60,871 nt of DNA. It comes from a virus. The position numbers and the translations under genes are program-made. Within the stretch, counting starts at the first letter, position 1, and each line of letters starts with the position of its first letter. Below the pieces are notes generated by a model. It made no database searches, was not told the DNA's origin, and saw nothing but the letters and a program-made list of their open reading frames with translations. The stretch lies in IMG/VR virus record IMGVR_UViG_3300006033_000003; one strand, written 5' to 3'. This document shows, one piece after another, positions 26,410-35,156 of this stretch.

Positions 26410-27458
26410 AAGTCATCAAAGCACGCAACGCCCACCAAGCCCTTCCCGAAGCCCTGTATCAGCTGGCCAACGAAGGGGTGGAGCGCGACAGCCGCAATGG
26501 TCCCGTCCGGATGTTCCCGGAGCCAGTGACCACGGTGTACCTCCGCCCTGCGGAGCGGGTGATGTTCTGGGCGGAGCGGGACTGCAACCCCTTCTTCCAC
26601 CTGATCGAAAGCCTCTGGATGCTGGCGGGACGCCGTGATGTGGACTACGTGGCCCGCTACGTGAAGCGCATGCGCACCTACTCGGATGACGGGGTGACGT
26701 TCCACGGGGCTTACGGGTTCCGCTGGCGCAGGTTCTTCTTCGATGACCAACTGCCCAAGATCATCGACGCCCTGAAGGCGAACCCGGATGACCGCCGCCA
26801 AGTCCTGTCGATGTGGGACACGGACGCGGACCTGGGCCGTCAAGGCAAGGACCTCCCCTGCAACCTACAGGCCGTGTTCCAAGTGGCTTCGGACGGACGC
26901 CTGGACATGATGGTGACGAACCGCTCCAACGACATGATCTGGGGAGCCTACGGGGCCAACGCCGTCCACTTCAGCTACCTCCACGAGTACGTGGCCCGCT
27001 CCGTGGGCGTCCCGCAGGGCATCTACCGCCAAGTGTCCGCCAACTTCCACGCCTACAAGGACGTGCTGGAGAAGGTTGCGCCTCTGGCGGACTACGCCCC
27101 GGACCCGCTGACCGGAGCGCCCACCCCGGACCCCTACGCCAGTGCCGCCGTGGAGCCCTTCCCGCTGATGACCCTGGGCCGGTATGAATGGGACGCGGAG
27201 CTGAAGATGTTCATGGAAGAACCGGACGCCCTGGGCTTCCGTGACCCCTTCTTCCGCCGTGTCGCCATCCCGATGTCCCGGGCTCACGCCGCCTATCAGC
27301 GCAAGGACTTCGACGGGGCAATGGACCTCCTCCGGGACGTGGCCGCGTCCGATTGGAAGCTGGCCGCAATCGAGTGGATTGAGCGCCGCCGCGCCGCGCA
27401 CGAAGCCCGCAAGGCACGTGCGATGGATGACGGGGTGGACTACGGTACAGGGGAGTGA
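26406..27458 (+). CDS. thymidylate synthase homologue, predicted dUMP hydroxymethylase
   Basis: Aligns by eye to ThyA: DRRQVLSMWD (RRxxxSxWN), DLPCNLQAVFQV (catalytic Cys), NRSNDMIWGAYGANAVHF (QRSxDxxLGxPFN, with the uracil-specifying Asn kept), ANFHAY (GDxHxY). Confidence 0.7.
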   Translation: MKVIKARNAHQALPEALYQLANEGVERDSRNGPVRMFPEPVTTVYLRPAERVMFWAERDCNPFFHLIESLWMLAGRRDVDYVARYVKRMRTYSDDGVTFHGAYGFRWRRFFFDDQLPKIIDALKANPDDRRQVLSMWDTDADLGRQGKDLPCNLQAVFQVASDGRLDMMVTNRSNDMIWGAYGANAVHFSYLHEYVARSVGVPQGIYRQVSANFHAYKDVLEKVAPLADYAPDPLTGAPTPDPYASAAVEPFPLMTLGRYEWDAELKMFMEEPDALGFRDPFFRRVAIPMSRAHAAYQRKDFDGAMDLLRDVAASDWKLAAIEWIERRRAAHEARKARAMDDGVDYGTGE

Positions 27459-27460
27459 TC

Positions 27461-28093
27461 ATGGGCAGCATAGCATCCAAAATCCGTGACGCGGAGCTGG
27501 AAGCGGAAGCTGCCCGGGAGCGGGTTCAGCGCCCGCTCCTGACGCGCCTGGCCGCTACCCGGGAAGCCGGGACCGTCCGCCGCTGCCATATTGTCCCCCA
27601 CCACGGCCAATACAATATCGCCCAACACAGCTACGGGGCTGTCAGCCTCCTCCTGCTGCTCCACCCGAAGCCGTCCCTGAAGTTGATCAAGGCCGTCCAG
27701 TGGCATGACGTTGCGGAACGCTGGTTGGGCGATGTCCCGGCCCCCGCGAAGTGGACGCACACGGAACTGGGCGAAGCCTATGAGCGGGCGGAGGAGGAGC
27801 TGCTGAAGCGCCTTGGGCTGTTCGGGGAACTGACGGACCTCGAAGTGGCCTGGTTGAAGGCCGTGGACACCCTCGAACTCTGGCTGTGGTGCCGGGAAGA
27901 AGAAGCCCTGGGCAACGCCGCCGTCACGCCGATGCGCCGCGCATGCGAGAAGGTGACGGAGAAGCACCAGCTGGAGGGTAGCCTGCCCGCGATTGCCGCG
28001 CAGCTCTATGATGCTCTGCGTCAATACCCCCACAAGCGTCTCTCGGACTTCTTCGAGGACGTGGAACCCTACCTGCAAGGAGAAACCAAATGA
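27461..28093 (+). CDS. HD-domain phosphohydrolase (YfbR-like 5-prime deoxynucleotidase)
   Basis: HxxxxAQHS ... WHDVAERWLGDVPAPAK matches the H...HD...D pattern of YfbR-type dNMP nucleotidases. An alternative GTG start lies at 27455. Confidence 0.6.
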   Translation: MGSIASKIRDAELEAEAARERVQRPLLTRLAATREAGTVRRCHIVPHHGQYNIAQHSYGAVSLLLLLHPKPSLKLIKAVQWHDVAERWLGDVPAPAKWTHTELGEAYERAEEELLKRLGLFGELTDLEVAWLKAVDTLELWLWCREEEALGNAAVTPMRRACEKVTEKHQLEGSLPAIAAQLYDALRQYPHKRLSDFFEDVEPYLQGETK

Positions 28094-28470
28094 GCGTGAA
28101 CGAGAAGCAAGTTGGCGGTGAGCACTACCGCTCGAAGGTCCAGCACTGGGACTATGTGGAGCTGAACGGGCTCCGCTACACCGAAGGCTGCGCCACGAAG
28201 TACGCCACCCGGAACCGGAAGAAGGGCCAACAGCGCCAGGACCTGGAGAAGGCGATTCACTACGTGGAGAAGGTCCAGGACCTCCATCGCAACGGCTACC
28301 TCCACCCCCGGACGGCTCCGATGGTTGTCAGCCTGGTGGACTTCGTTGAGTCGAATGAGCTGACGGAGAACGAAGCCGAAGTGGTGCGCATCTTGACCTA
28401 CTGGGAAGCGGACCCGGAGCTGACCCGCGCCCTCGAAATCCTCCGCGAAATGATCGAGGAGCTGAACTGA
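28090..28470 (+). CDS. DUF3310-like protein
   Basis: GGEHYRSKVQHWDYVE..EGCATKYATRNRKKG..QDLEKAIHYVEK matches my memory of the DUF3310 pattern (HY..iE..KY..R...K..DLeKA.hY). Confidence 0.45.
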   Translation: MSVNEKQVGGEHYRSKVQHWDYVELNGLRYTEGCATKYATRNRKKGQQRQDLEKAIHYVEKVQDLHRNGYLHPRTAPMVVSLVDFVESNELTENEAEVVRILTYWEADPELTRALEILREMIEELN

Positions 28471-30443
28471 TGCAGCAGCCCCTGTTCACTGTAGCGGAAA
28501 GCTACTGGCAACCCCCGAAGCTGGACAGCCTCCCCTCCTGGGAGGGGGCGAAGCGGGTGGCCGTGGACTGCGAAACCCGGGACCCGGACCTGCGCAAGCT
28601 GGGACCGGGAGCGGGACGCCGCCCGAACAGCTACATCACCGGCATCAGCTTCGCAATCGAGGACGGCCCGGGGGCATATCTCCCGATCCGCCATGACGGC
28701 GGGGACAACCTCCCGGTGGAAGCCGTCCTGCGCTACCTTCGGGACCAGGCCGCTGTCTTCAAGGGCGACATCGTGGGGGCCAACCTCCCGTATGACCTGG
28801 ACTTCCTGGCGGGAGACGGGATTGAATTCAAGTCCGCCCGCTTCTTCCGGGACATCCAGATTGCTGACCCGCTGATCTGCGAGTTGTACGACAGCTACAG
28901 CATGCAGTCGATTGCCCAGCGTTGGGGCTTCTCCGGCAAGGATGAGGAGCTGCTGCGCCTTGCCGCCCAGGACTACAAGATTGACCCGAAGAAGGACATG
29001 TGGATGCTCCCGGCCCGCTTCGTGGGGGCCTACGCGGAGGAGGACACCCGCCTGCCGCTGAACATCCTGCGCCGCCAGGAGCGGGAGATTGATGAGCAGA
29101 ACCTCTGGGACGTGTACAACCTGGAGTCGAAGTTGCTGCCGGTCCTGACGAAGCTGCGCCGCCGGGGCGTCCGCATCGACCTGGACCGACTGGACATGAT
29201 CGACCGTTGGGCACTGGAGCAGGAGACGGAAGCCCTGGCGCAGGTGAAACATCTCACGGGCATCGCCGTCCGCGTGGGCGATGTCTGGAAGCCGGAGACG
29301 ATTGCGCCCGCGCTGGAGCACATCGGGGTCAAGCTGAAAAAGACCTCCCAAGGCAAGCCCAACATCGACAAGGAGCTGCTGGCCAGCATCAAGCACCCCG
29401 TGGCGGACGCCCTCGAACGCGCCCGGAAGGTGAACAAGCTGCGCACGACCTTCGGGCAATCCGTCCGGGACCACATGGTGAACGGAAGGCTGCACTGTAC
29501 CTTCAACCAGCTGCGCCGCCAGAAGGACGATGAAGCGGACGGAACCGCCGGAGCCGCCTATGGGCGACTGTCCTGCGAGCACCCGAACCTTCAGCAGCAA
29601 CCGGCCCGCGATGAGTTCGCCACGATGTGGCGGGCCATCTACCTCCCGGAGGAAGGGGAGCAGTGGGCGTCCAACGACTATTCCCAGCAGGAGCCCCGGA
29701 TGGCGGTGCACTATGCGTGTCTGGCCCGCGATCTGATTGGTCACAACGCCTGGGAGAAGGCGATTGAGGCCCGTGACAAGTACCGGAACGACCCGAACAC
29801 TGACAACCACCAGATGATGGCGGACATGGCGGGGATCAAGCGCAAGGACGCCAAGGAAATCTACTTGGGCCTGTCCTACGGGATGGGCGGAGCGAAGATG
29901 TGCCGGAAGCTGGGCCTGCCGACGATGACGGCGGTGCGCGGACCTCGGGGCCAGACCTTCGACGTAAACAGCGAAGAAGGAGCCCGACTGGCGGAGCAGG
30001 GAGCCCGCCGGTGGGAAGCCGCTGGGCCGGAAGGGCAAGCCCTCCTGGACACCTTCGACCGCCGCGTGCCCTTCATCAAGAAGCTGGCCAAGGCTTGCGA
30101 AGCCCGGGCGAAGGCGGTGGGCTACATCACCACGTTGTCCGGACGCCGCTGCCGCTTCCCGAAGGACGCTGAGGGCAACTTTGACTGGACTCACAAGGGC
30201 CTGAACCGCCTGATCCAGGGCTCCTCCGCTGACCAGACCAAGATGGCGATGGTGGCCTGCGCGGAGGCCGGGTTGGACATCATCATCCAGGTTCACGATG
30301 AAATCGCCTTCAGCGTGAAGTCGAAGGACGAAGCCGAACACGCCGCCCACATCATGCGTACCTGCACGCCGCTCGAACTCCCTTCAAAAGTTGATGTGGA
30401 GATGGGCGTGAGCTGGGGTCATTCCATGGGGTTCGAGGGATGA
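28470..30443 (+). CDS. family A DNA polymerase with 3-prime-5-prime exonuclease domain
   Basis: Exo I VAVDCETRD. Motif A DYSQQEPRM, motif B RKDAKEIYLGLSYGMG, motif C IIQVHDEIAF. Confidence 0.9.
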   Translation: MQQPLFTVAESYWQPPKLDSLPSWEGAKRVAVDCETRDPDLRKLGPGAGRRPNSYITGISFAIEDGPGAYLPIRHDGGDNLPVEAVLRYLRDQAAVFKGDIVGANLPYDLDFLAGDGIEFKSARFFRDIQIADPLICELYDSYSMQSIAQRWGFSGKDEELLRLAAQDYKIDPKKDMWMLPARFVGAYAEEDTRLPLNILRRQEREIDEQNLWDVYNLESKLLPVLTKLRRRGVRIDLDRLDMIDRWALEQETEALAQVKHLTGIAVRVGDVWKPETIAPALEHIGVKLKKTSQGKPNIDKELLASIKHPVADALERARKVNKLRTTFGQSVRDHMVNGRLHCTFNQLRRQKDDEADGTAGAAYGRLSCEHPNLQQQPARDEFATMWRAIYLPEEGEQWASNDYSQQEPRMAVHYACLARDLIGHNAWEKAIEARDKYRNDPNTDNHQMMADMAGIKRKDAKEIYLGLSYGMGGAKMCRKLGLPTMTAVRGPRGQTFDVNSEEGARLAEQGARRWEAAGPEGQALLDTFDRRVPFIKKLAKACEARAKAVGYITTLSGRRCRFPKDAEGNFDWTHKGLNRLIQGSSADQTKMAMVACAEAGLDIIIQVHDEIAFSVKSKDEAEHAAHIMRTCTPLELPSKVDVEMGVSWGHSMGFEG

Positions 30444-30679
30444 ACCTGTCAGAAGCCGAACGGGAAGCCCTCCGTTGGGCCCAAAACGGGGAGCTGGTGA
30501 GCCGCATCCCGGACCGGACGGAGCGGGGCCTGTTTGGGCAAGTCGAAGCCCCGGGCCGCGCTGTGTTCCGAAAGCTGATGAAGCTGGGGTTGCTGTTCGA
30601 GACGGAGGAGGACGGGGACTGGACGCCCGCCTTGGGCCTGACGAAGGAAGGCGAAACCCTGCTGAAGGAGTTGGAATGA
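30440..30679 (+). CDS. hypothetical protein
   Basis: 79-aa ORF, ATGA-coupled to the polymerase gene. Confidence 0.5.
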   Translation: MNLSEAEREALRWAQNGELVSRIPDRTERGLFGQVEAPGRAVFRKLMKLGLLFETEEDGDWTPALGLTKEGETLLKELE

Positions 30680-30990
30680 AATTTTGTTACCAATGTGACG
30701 CGCAGGTCACGTATTTGTTCGCGGACGCACGCTGCGCAAAGTGCACCCGCTTGACCCCGGAGGAAGTCCGGGGAGAACCGAAGGAGAACGACATGCGTGA
30801 GCGCCAAGAAAACACGGTGGACATCGAGTGCCAAGTGAAGCGGGAGACGGAGAAGGCCCTGCTGATCGACCACGGCGGTGAGCAGGAGGTCTGGATGCCC
30901 AAGTCCCAGGTCCGCAACGTGGTGAAGGGTCCGAAGTTCGTGACCCTGACGGTCACGGAGTGGATTGCCAACGAGAAGGGGCTGCTGTGA
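30676..30990 (+). CDS. zinc-ribbon protein
   Basis: ATGA-coupled start. CYQC...CAKC N-terminal ribbon, then a small beta-rich domain. Confidence 0.5.
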   Translation: MKFCYQCDAQVTYLFADARCAKCTRLTPEEVRGEPKENDMRERQENTVDIECQVKRETEKALLIDHGGEQEVWMPKSQVRNVVKGPKFVTLTVTEWIANEKGLL

Positions 30991-31451
30991 TCACGCGCCA
31001 AGAAAAGTGGGACATGCGCTATGTCCGCCTGGCCCAGGAGGTCGCAACCTGGAGCAAGGACCCGTCCACAAAGGTGGGAGCCGTCCTGGTTCGCCCGAAC
31101 AACTCCGTGGCGTCCACCGGCTTCAACGGCTTCCCGCCCGGACACAACGATCACCCGAAGTTGTACGCGGACCGCGCCTACAAGTATCAGCACGTTGTAC
31201 ATGCTGAAATCAACGCCATCGAGTTCCTGACAGGGGAGACGCCGCACGGGTTCACGCTCTATACTTCTTTTCCCTGCTGTCCGAACTGTATGGAAGCCGC
31301 CGCGAAGGCGGGGGTGACCACTGTCGTGTTCCCTCCCATCCGGTTCGAGGGCAAGGACCAACAGTGGATTGACGAGTGGAACGCCCGCATTGACCAGTCA
31401 CTCGAAGTGGCCCGCCGCTTCGACATCAAGGTGAGGTGGGTGGGTGTCTGA
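30987..31451 (+). CDS. dCMP deaminase
   Basis: HAEINAI and PCCPNCMEAAAKAGV zinc-binding motifs. VGAVLV. GTGA-coupled start. Confidence 0.85.
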   Translation: MITRQEKWDMRYVRLAQEVATWSKDPSTKVGAVLVRPNNSVASTGFNGFPPGHNDHPKLYADRAYKYQHVVHAEINAIEFLTGETPHGFTLYTSFPCCPNCMEAAAKAGVTTVVFPPIRFEGKDQQWIDEWNARIDQSLEVARRFDIKVRWVGV

Positions 31452-31842
31452 AGCCGCGATGTGGGACGCCCTCCGCCCGGTGATCAAGCACCTTGATCCC
31501 GTGCGCGTGGAGAACCCCGCTGGGCCGGGGACTCCGGACGTCAACTACATCGAGGGTTGGGTGGAGCTGAAATATGCGGAGCAGTGGCCCCCACGGGGCG
31601 GACCGCTTCGGATTGATCACTTCACCCAACAGCAACGGGTCTGGCTCACCCAACGCCGGCATGCCGGCGGGCGGGCCTTCCTTCTCCTGAAGGTTGGCGA
31701 GAATGAATGGTTGCTGTTCGACGGAGCGGTGGCCGCGAAGGTCCTGGGCCACGTGGAGCAGGACAAATTGTACCGGGCGTGCCTGGCCCGCTGGACCAGG
31801 AAGCCCAAGACTGAGGAGATTTGTAGATGGCTGCAGAACTGA
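31444..31842 (+). CDS. VRR-NUC / PD-(D/E)xK nuclease
   Basis: GTPDVNYIEGWVELKY (D...ExK) followed by FTQQQRVWL...GGRAFLLL, the VRR-NUC pattern. Confidence 0.6.
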   Translation: MSEAAMWDALRPVIKHLDPVRVENPAGPGTPDVNYIEGWVELKYAEQWPPRGGPLRIDHFTQQQRVWLTQRRHAGGRAFLLLKVGENEWLLFDGAVAAKVLGHVEQDKLYRACLARWTRKPKTEEICRWLQN

Positions 31843-32156
31843 CGTTGAGCCGGGGGGAAGCCCTCCTGGTTGAGCGCCGCCGCCGGGGCCTGAATCAGGT
31901 CCTGGCCGCTGGTGAGTGGAAGGTCCACCCGGACAAGTACCGGGAGTGGGAAGCGGACCGCCGGGACGATACCCCGGAGGTGGGGGTGGGCGAACTGAAG
32001 CCGCATGAGGTTTGCTATCTGAAGCGCCGCCGCTCGGGCAAGACCCAGCGCGAAATCGCCGCTGCCCTTGGGCTGACCCGCCTGTGGGTGATCATGATGG
32101 AGGACGGCAAGGCCCCCGTGGACCGGCTTGTTGAGTATTGGGGAGCCAACGCATGA
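31827..32156 (+). CDS. helix-turn-helix DNA-binding protein
   Basis: SGKTQREIAAALGLTRLWVIMMEDG is an XRE-like HTH. Confidence 0.55.
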   Translation: MAAELTLSRGEALLVERRRRGLNQVLAAGEWKVHPDKYREWEADRRDDTPEVGVGELKPHEVCYLKRRRSGKTQREIAAALGLTRLWVIMMEDGKAPVDRLVEYWGANA

Positions 32157-34594
32157 ACCGTTTTGGGGAGGAGTTCACCAAGCCGCGCCCCCTTCCGGAG
32201 CACGACACGCAAGCCGCCGTCCGCTTCCTGAAGCGGTGGTGCCCAGAAGGTCCCTGGGTTCTCACGTCCATCATCCCGGACGGCAAGACCGACACCAGAA
32301 CCTTCCAACCGGACGCCTGGCGAGAAGCCGCTGAATGGATTGAGTCCAACCAGGGCAAAAACAACGTGTACTTCCACGTCAACCCGGTCCGCCGGTCGAT
32401 GACGGTGAAGGCCAGCAAGGAGGACATTGCCCGCCTGTCCTGGCTCCACGTTGACATCGACCCCCGCGCCGGGGAGGACTTCGAGGAGGAGCGTGCCCGC
32501 GCCCTCCGGATGCTGAAGGAGTACACGCCCAAGCCCACCGTCATCGTTGACTCGGGCGGAGGCTTCCAGGGCTTCTGGAGGCTGTCCCCGTCCGAACGTC
32601 TGGAGATCAACGGGAGCATCACCAAGGCCCAGGAGTTGGAAGCCTTCAACATCCAGCTGGAGAAGGTTTTTCAAGCGGACCACTGCCACAACGTGGACCG
32701 CATCATGCGCCTTCCGGGCACGATCAACATGCCGACCGCGAAGAAGCGCAAGAAGGGCCGCTGGCCCGCGCTGGCCACGCTGGTTGAGTGGACTGACGTC
32801 AGCTACCCGATTGAGCAATTCACCGCCGCGCCCCGCGTCCAGATGTCGGAGCCCGGACTGGCGGGCGGACGCCCGAAGGTGAAGATCACAGGCAACGTCC
32901 CGGACATCGGGACGGAGGAGCTGAAGGACTGGGCGAACGAACACGGCAAGGCCATCAGCGATCACTGCCTGGCCCTCATCGCCACGGGCCAGGACCCGCT
33001 GGACCCGACCAAGTACCCCTCCCGCTCCGAAGCCTTGTTCAAGGTCTGCTGCGATCTGGTCCGGGCGGAGGTTCCTGATGAGATGATCTTTGCGGTGATC
33101 ACGGGCTCCAACGAGATTGCCACCAGCGTCAGAGACAAGCCGAACTGGGAAGCCTACGCCCTGCGCCAGATCGAACGGGCGAAGGAGGAAGCGATTGACC
33201 CGATGCTGCGCAAGCTCAACGAGAAGCACGCAGTCATCAGCGACATTGGTGGGAAGTGCCGCATCATATCGGAGGTGATGGACCTGTCCCTGAACCGGAC
33301 CAAAATCAGCAAGCAGTCCTTCGAGGACTTCCGCAACCGCTACCGCCACATCAAGGTGGTGGTTGGGCACTCGGAGGACGGACGCCCGATTGAGAAGGCC
33401 GCTGGTGCCTTCTGGATTGATCACCCTCAGCGCCGACAGTATGAGACAATTCTGTTCGCCCCGGGCCGGGAGACGGAGGACGCCTACAACCTGTGGCGGG
33501 GCTTCGCGTGCAACTCCCTGCCGGGCCGCAAGCATGAATCCTTCCTCCTCCACGTGCGCGACAACGTGTGCTCGGGAAACCCGGAGCACTACAACTACCT
33601 GGTGGGCTGGATGGCCCGGATGATCCAACACCCGGACGGCCCGGGGGAAGTGGCCGTGGTCCTTCGCGGGAAGCGGGGCACTGGCAAGTCCTTCTTCGCC
33701 AAGATTCTCGGGGCGATGTTTGGGCGTCACTTCCTTCAGGTGTCGGACTCGAAGCACCTGGTGGGCTCCTTCAACGCCCACCTCCGCGATACGGTCCTGC
33801 TGTTCGGTGATGAGGCATTCTTCGCCGGGGACAAGAAGCACGAAAGCGTGCTCAAGACCCTGATCACGGAGGAGCACCTGGTCATCGAAGGGAAGGGCGT
33901 GGACGCCGAAGCCGCGCCCAACTACGTCCACCTGGTCCTGGCCTCGAACGAGGACTGGGTGGTGCCCGCCGGTCTGGATGAGCGCCGCTTCTTTGTCATG
34001 GAGGTGGGGGACGGGAAGAAGCAGGATCACGGCTATTTCAAGGCCATCAAGGATGACCTGGATGACGGTGGCCTGGAGAACTTGTTGCACTACCTGATGA
34101 CCTATGACCTCAGCGCCTTCGAGGTCCGTCAGGTGCCGCAGACCGCCGCGCTGCAGGACCAGAAGATCATGAGCATGGCCCCGGAAGTCCAGTGGATGTA
34201 TGAGAAGCTGTGGGAAGGCCGGATGCTCAAGACCGACCAGGACTGGAAGGGCCGCGTGCTGAAGGAAAGCCTGTACAACGACTACATCAACGACCTCCGG
34301 GACCAAGGCCGGAACTTCCGCCTGAGCCAGACCAGCTTCGGCAAGTTCCTGGCCCGCTCCTTCCCGCCGGGGTGGCCGAAGTCGAAGCAGGAGATGGTGG
34401 ACGTGCCCTGGGTGAATGAACACGGCTTCGAGGTCATGATCAAGAAGCGGGCATATGTGTACCACCTCCCCTCCTTGTCGGAGGTCCGGGCGTATTGGGA
34501 CGCGCAGATGGGCGGACCCTTCGACTGGCCCCGGGTGGACCCGCTTCAGGAAAGTCTGAGCGAACCGCCCAAGAAGGACGCGCCGCCGTTCTGA
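32153..34594 (+). CDS. bifunctional primase-polymerase / SF3 helicase
   Basis: ATGA-coupled ATG with a GGGGAG SD. N-terminal prim-pol signature (HVDIDPR, VDSGGGFQGFW). C-terminal Walker A LRGKRGTGKSFF and Walker B VLLFGDEAF (D5/P4-like). Confidence 0.85.
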   Translation: MNRFGEEFTKPRPLPEHDTQAAVRFLKRWCPEGPWVLTSIIPDGKTDTRTFQPDAWREAAEWIESNQGKNNVYFHVNPVRRSMTVKASKEDIARLSWLHVDIDPRAGEDFEEERARALRMLKEYTPKPTVIVDSGGGFQGFWRLSPSERLEINGSITKAQELEAFNIQLEKVFQADHCHNVDRIMRLPGTINMPTAKKRKKGRWPALATLVEWTDVSYPIEQFTAAPRVQMSEPGLAGGRPKVKITGNVPDIGTEELKDWANEHGKAISDHCLALIATGQDPLDPTKYPSRSEALFKVCCDLVRAEVPDEMIFAVITGSNEIATSVRDKPNWEAYALRQIERAKEEAIDPMLRKLNEKHAVISDIGGKCRIISEVMDLSLNRTKISKQSFEDFRNRYRHIKVVVGHSEDGRPIEKAAGAFWIDHPQRRQYETILFAPGRETEDAYNLWRGFACNSLPGRKHESFLLHVRDNVCSGNPEHYNYLVGWMARMIQHPDGPGEVAVVLRGKRGTGKSFFAKILGAMFGRHFLQVSDSKHLVGSFNAHLRDTVLLFGDEAFFAGDKKHESVLKTLITEEHLVIEGKGVDAEAAPNYVHLVLASNEDWVVPAGLDERRFFVMEVGDGKKQDHGYFKAIKDDLDDGGLENLLHYLMTYDLSAFEVRQVPQTAALQDQKIMSMAPEVQWMYEKLWEGRMLKTDQDWKGRVLKESLYNDYINDLRDQGRNFRLSQTSFGKFLARSFPPGWPKSKQEMVDVPWVNEHGFEVMIKKRAYVYHLPSLSEVRAYWDAQMGGPFDWPRVDPLQESLSEPPKKDAPPF

Positions 34595-34604
34595 GGACGA
34601 CACG

Positions 34605-34817
34605 ATGAGCGAGACGCTGGAGGCAACGAAGCGGGAGTTGGAGGCTGCGGGCATCGCCTTCAGCGTGGAGTTGGGCAAGCGGCACTACAAGGTCCGCTTC
34701 CAGGTCCGGGGCAAGCCGTGTATGGTCACGTGCTCCCGGACCTCCTCCGACCATCGCGCCGCCCTCAACGCCCGCCTTCAGGTCCGCCGGGAAATCCGCC
34801 GCGCCCTGGAGGGGTGA
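34605..34817 (+). CDS. hypothetical protein
   Basis: 70-aa ORF with a GAGGA SD. Confidence 0.5.
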   Translation: MSETLEATKRELEAAGIAFSVELGKRHYKVRFQVRGKPCMVTCSRTSSDHRAALNARLQVRREIRRALEG

Positions 34818-34834
34818 TTATTTTCTTTGACACT

Positions 34835-34863
34835 TTACTTCTTCGGGTTTTCCGCACTATACT
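34835..34863 (+). promoter_or_regulatory. promoter candidate, class 1 (TTACTT-N17-TATACT)
   Basis: CTTTACTTCTTCGGGttttccGCACTATACTTCTTCG. Near-identical over ~40 nt to 40381-40420. Confidence 0.65.
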
Positions 34864-34891
34864 TCTTCGCACCACAACACGGAGATTGCAA

Positions 34892-35122
34892 ATGAACACC
34901 TGCCTCAACCTTCTGGCCCGCTTCGGTGAGTTCCTGCTCAAGGGCTTCCTGGGCCTGATCATCTTCACCGCCCTGGTCTTCGCCCTCTGGGACTTCATGA
35001 ACCTTCCCGAAGTCGAAATCAGCCACGCCTCCGGCCAGTGCGTGCGTGTCGTGTACGCGGACGGCAAGACCGGAAGCTGTAACAAACTCCCCGAACGCTT
35101 CGACCGCGTTTGGGTCCAGTGA
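34892..35122 (+). CDS. small membrane protein
   Basis: 76 aa. TM segment FLLKGFLGLIIFTALVFALW. First gene after promoter 34835. Confidence 0.55.
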   Translation: MNTCLNLLARFGEFLLKGFLGLIIFTALVFALWDFMNLPEVEISHASGQCVRVVYADGKTGSCNKLPERFDRVWVQ

Positions 35123-35156
35123 TCAATTTTCATCAACCTCAGAAATGGAGCTCAAC

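Noticed and set aside
32015-34678. 887-aa minus-strand ORF. The same applies to the other long minus-strand ORFs: 48646-51429, 28398-30350, 46696-48627, 18077-19732, 57787-59322, 22779-24275.
   Set aside because: All lie antisense to + strand genes that carry clear catalytic motifs. Their translations are low-complexity (R/G/H/L/V/P-rich) with no motifs and no SD or promoter context. These are typical stop-codon-poor antisense frames of a GC-rich genome.
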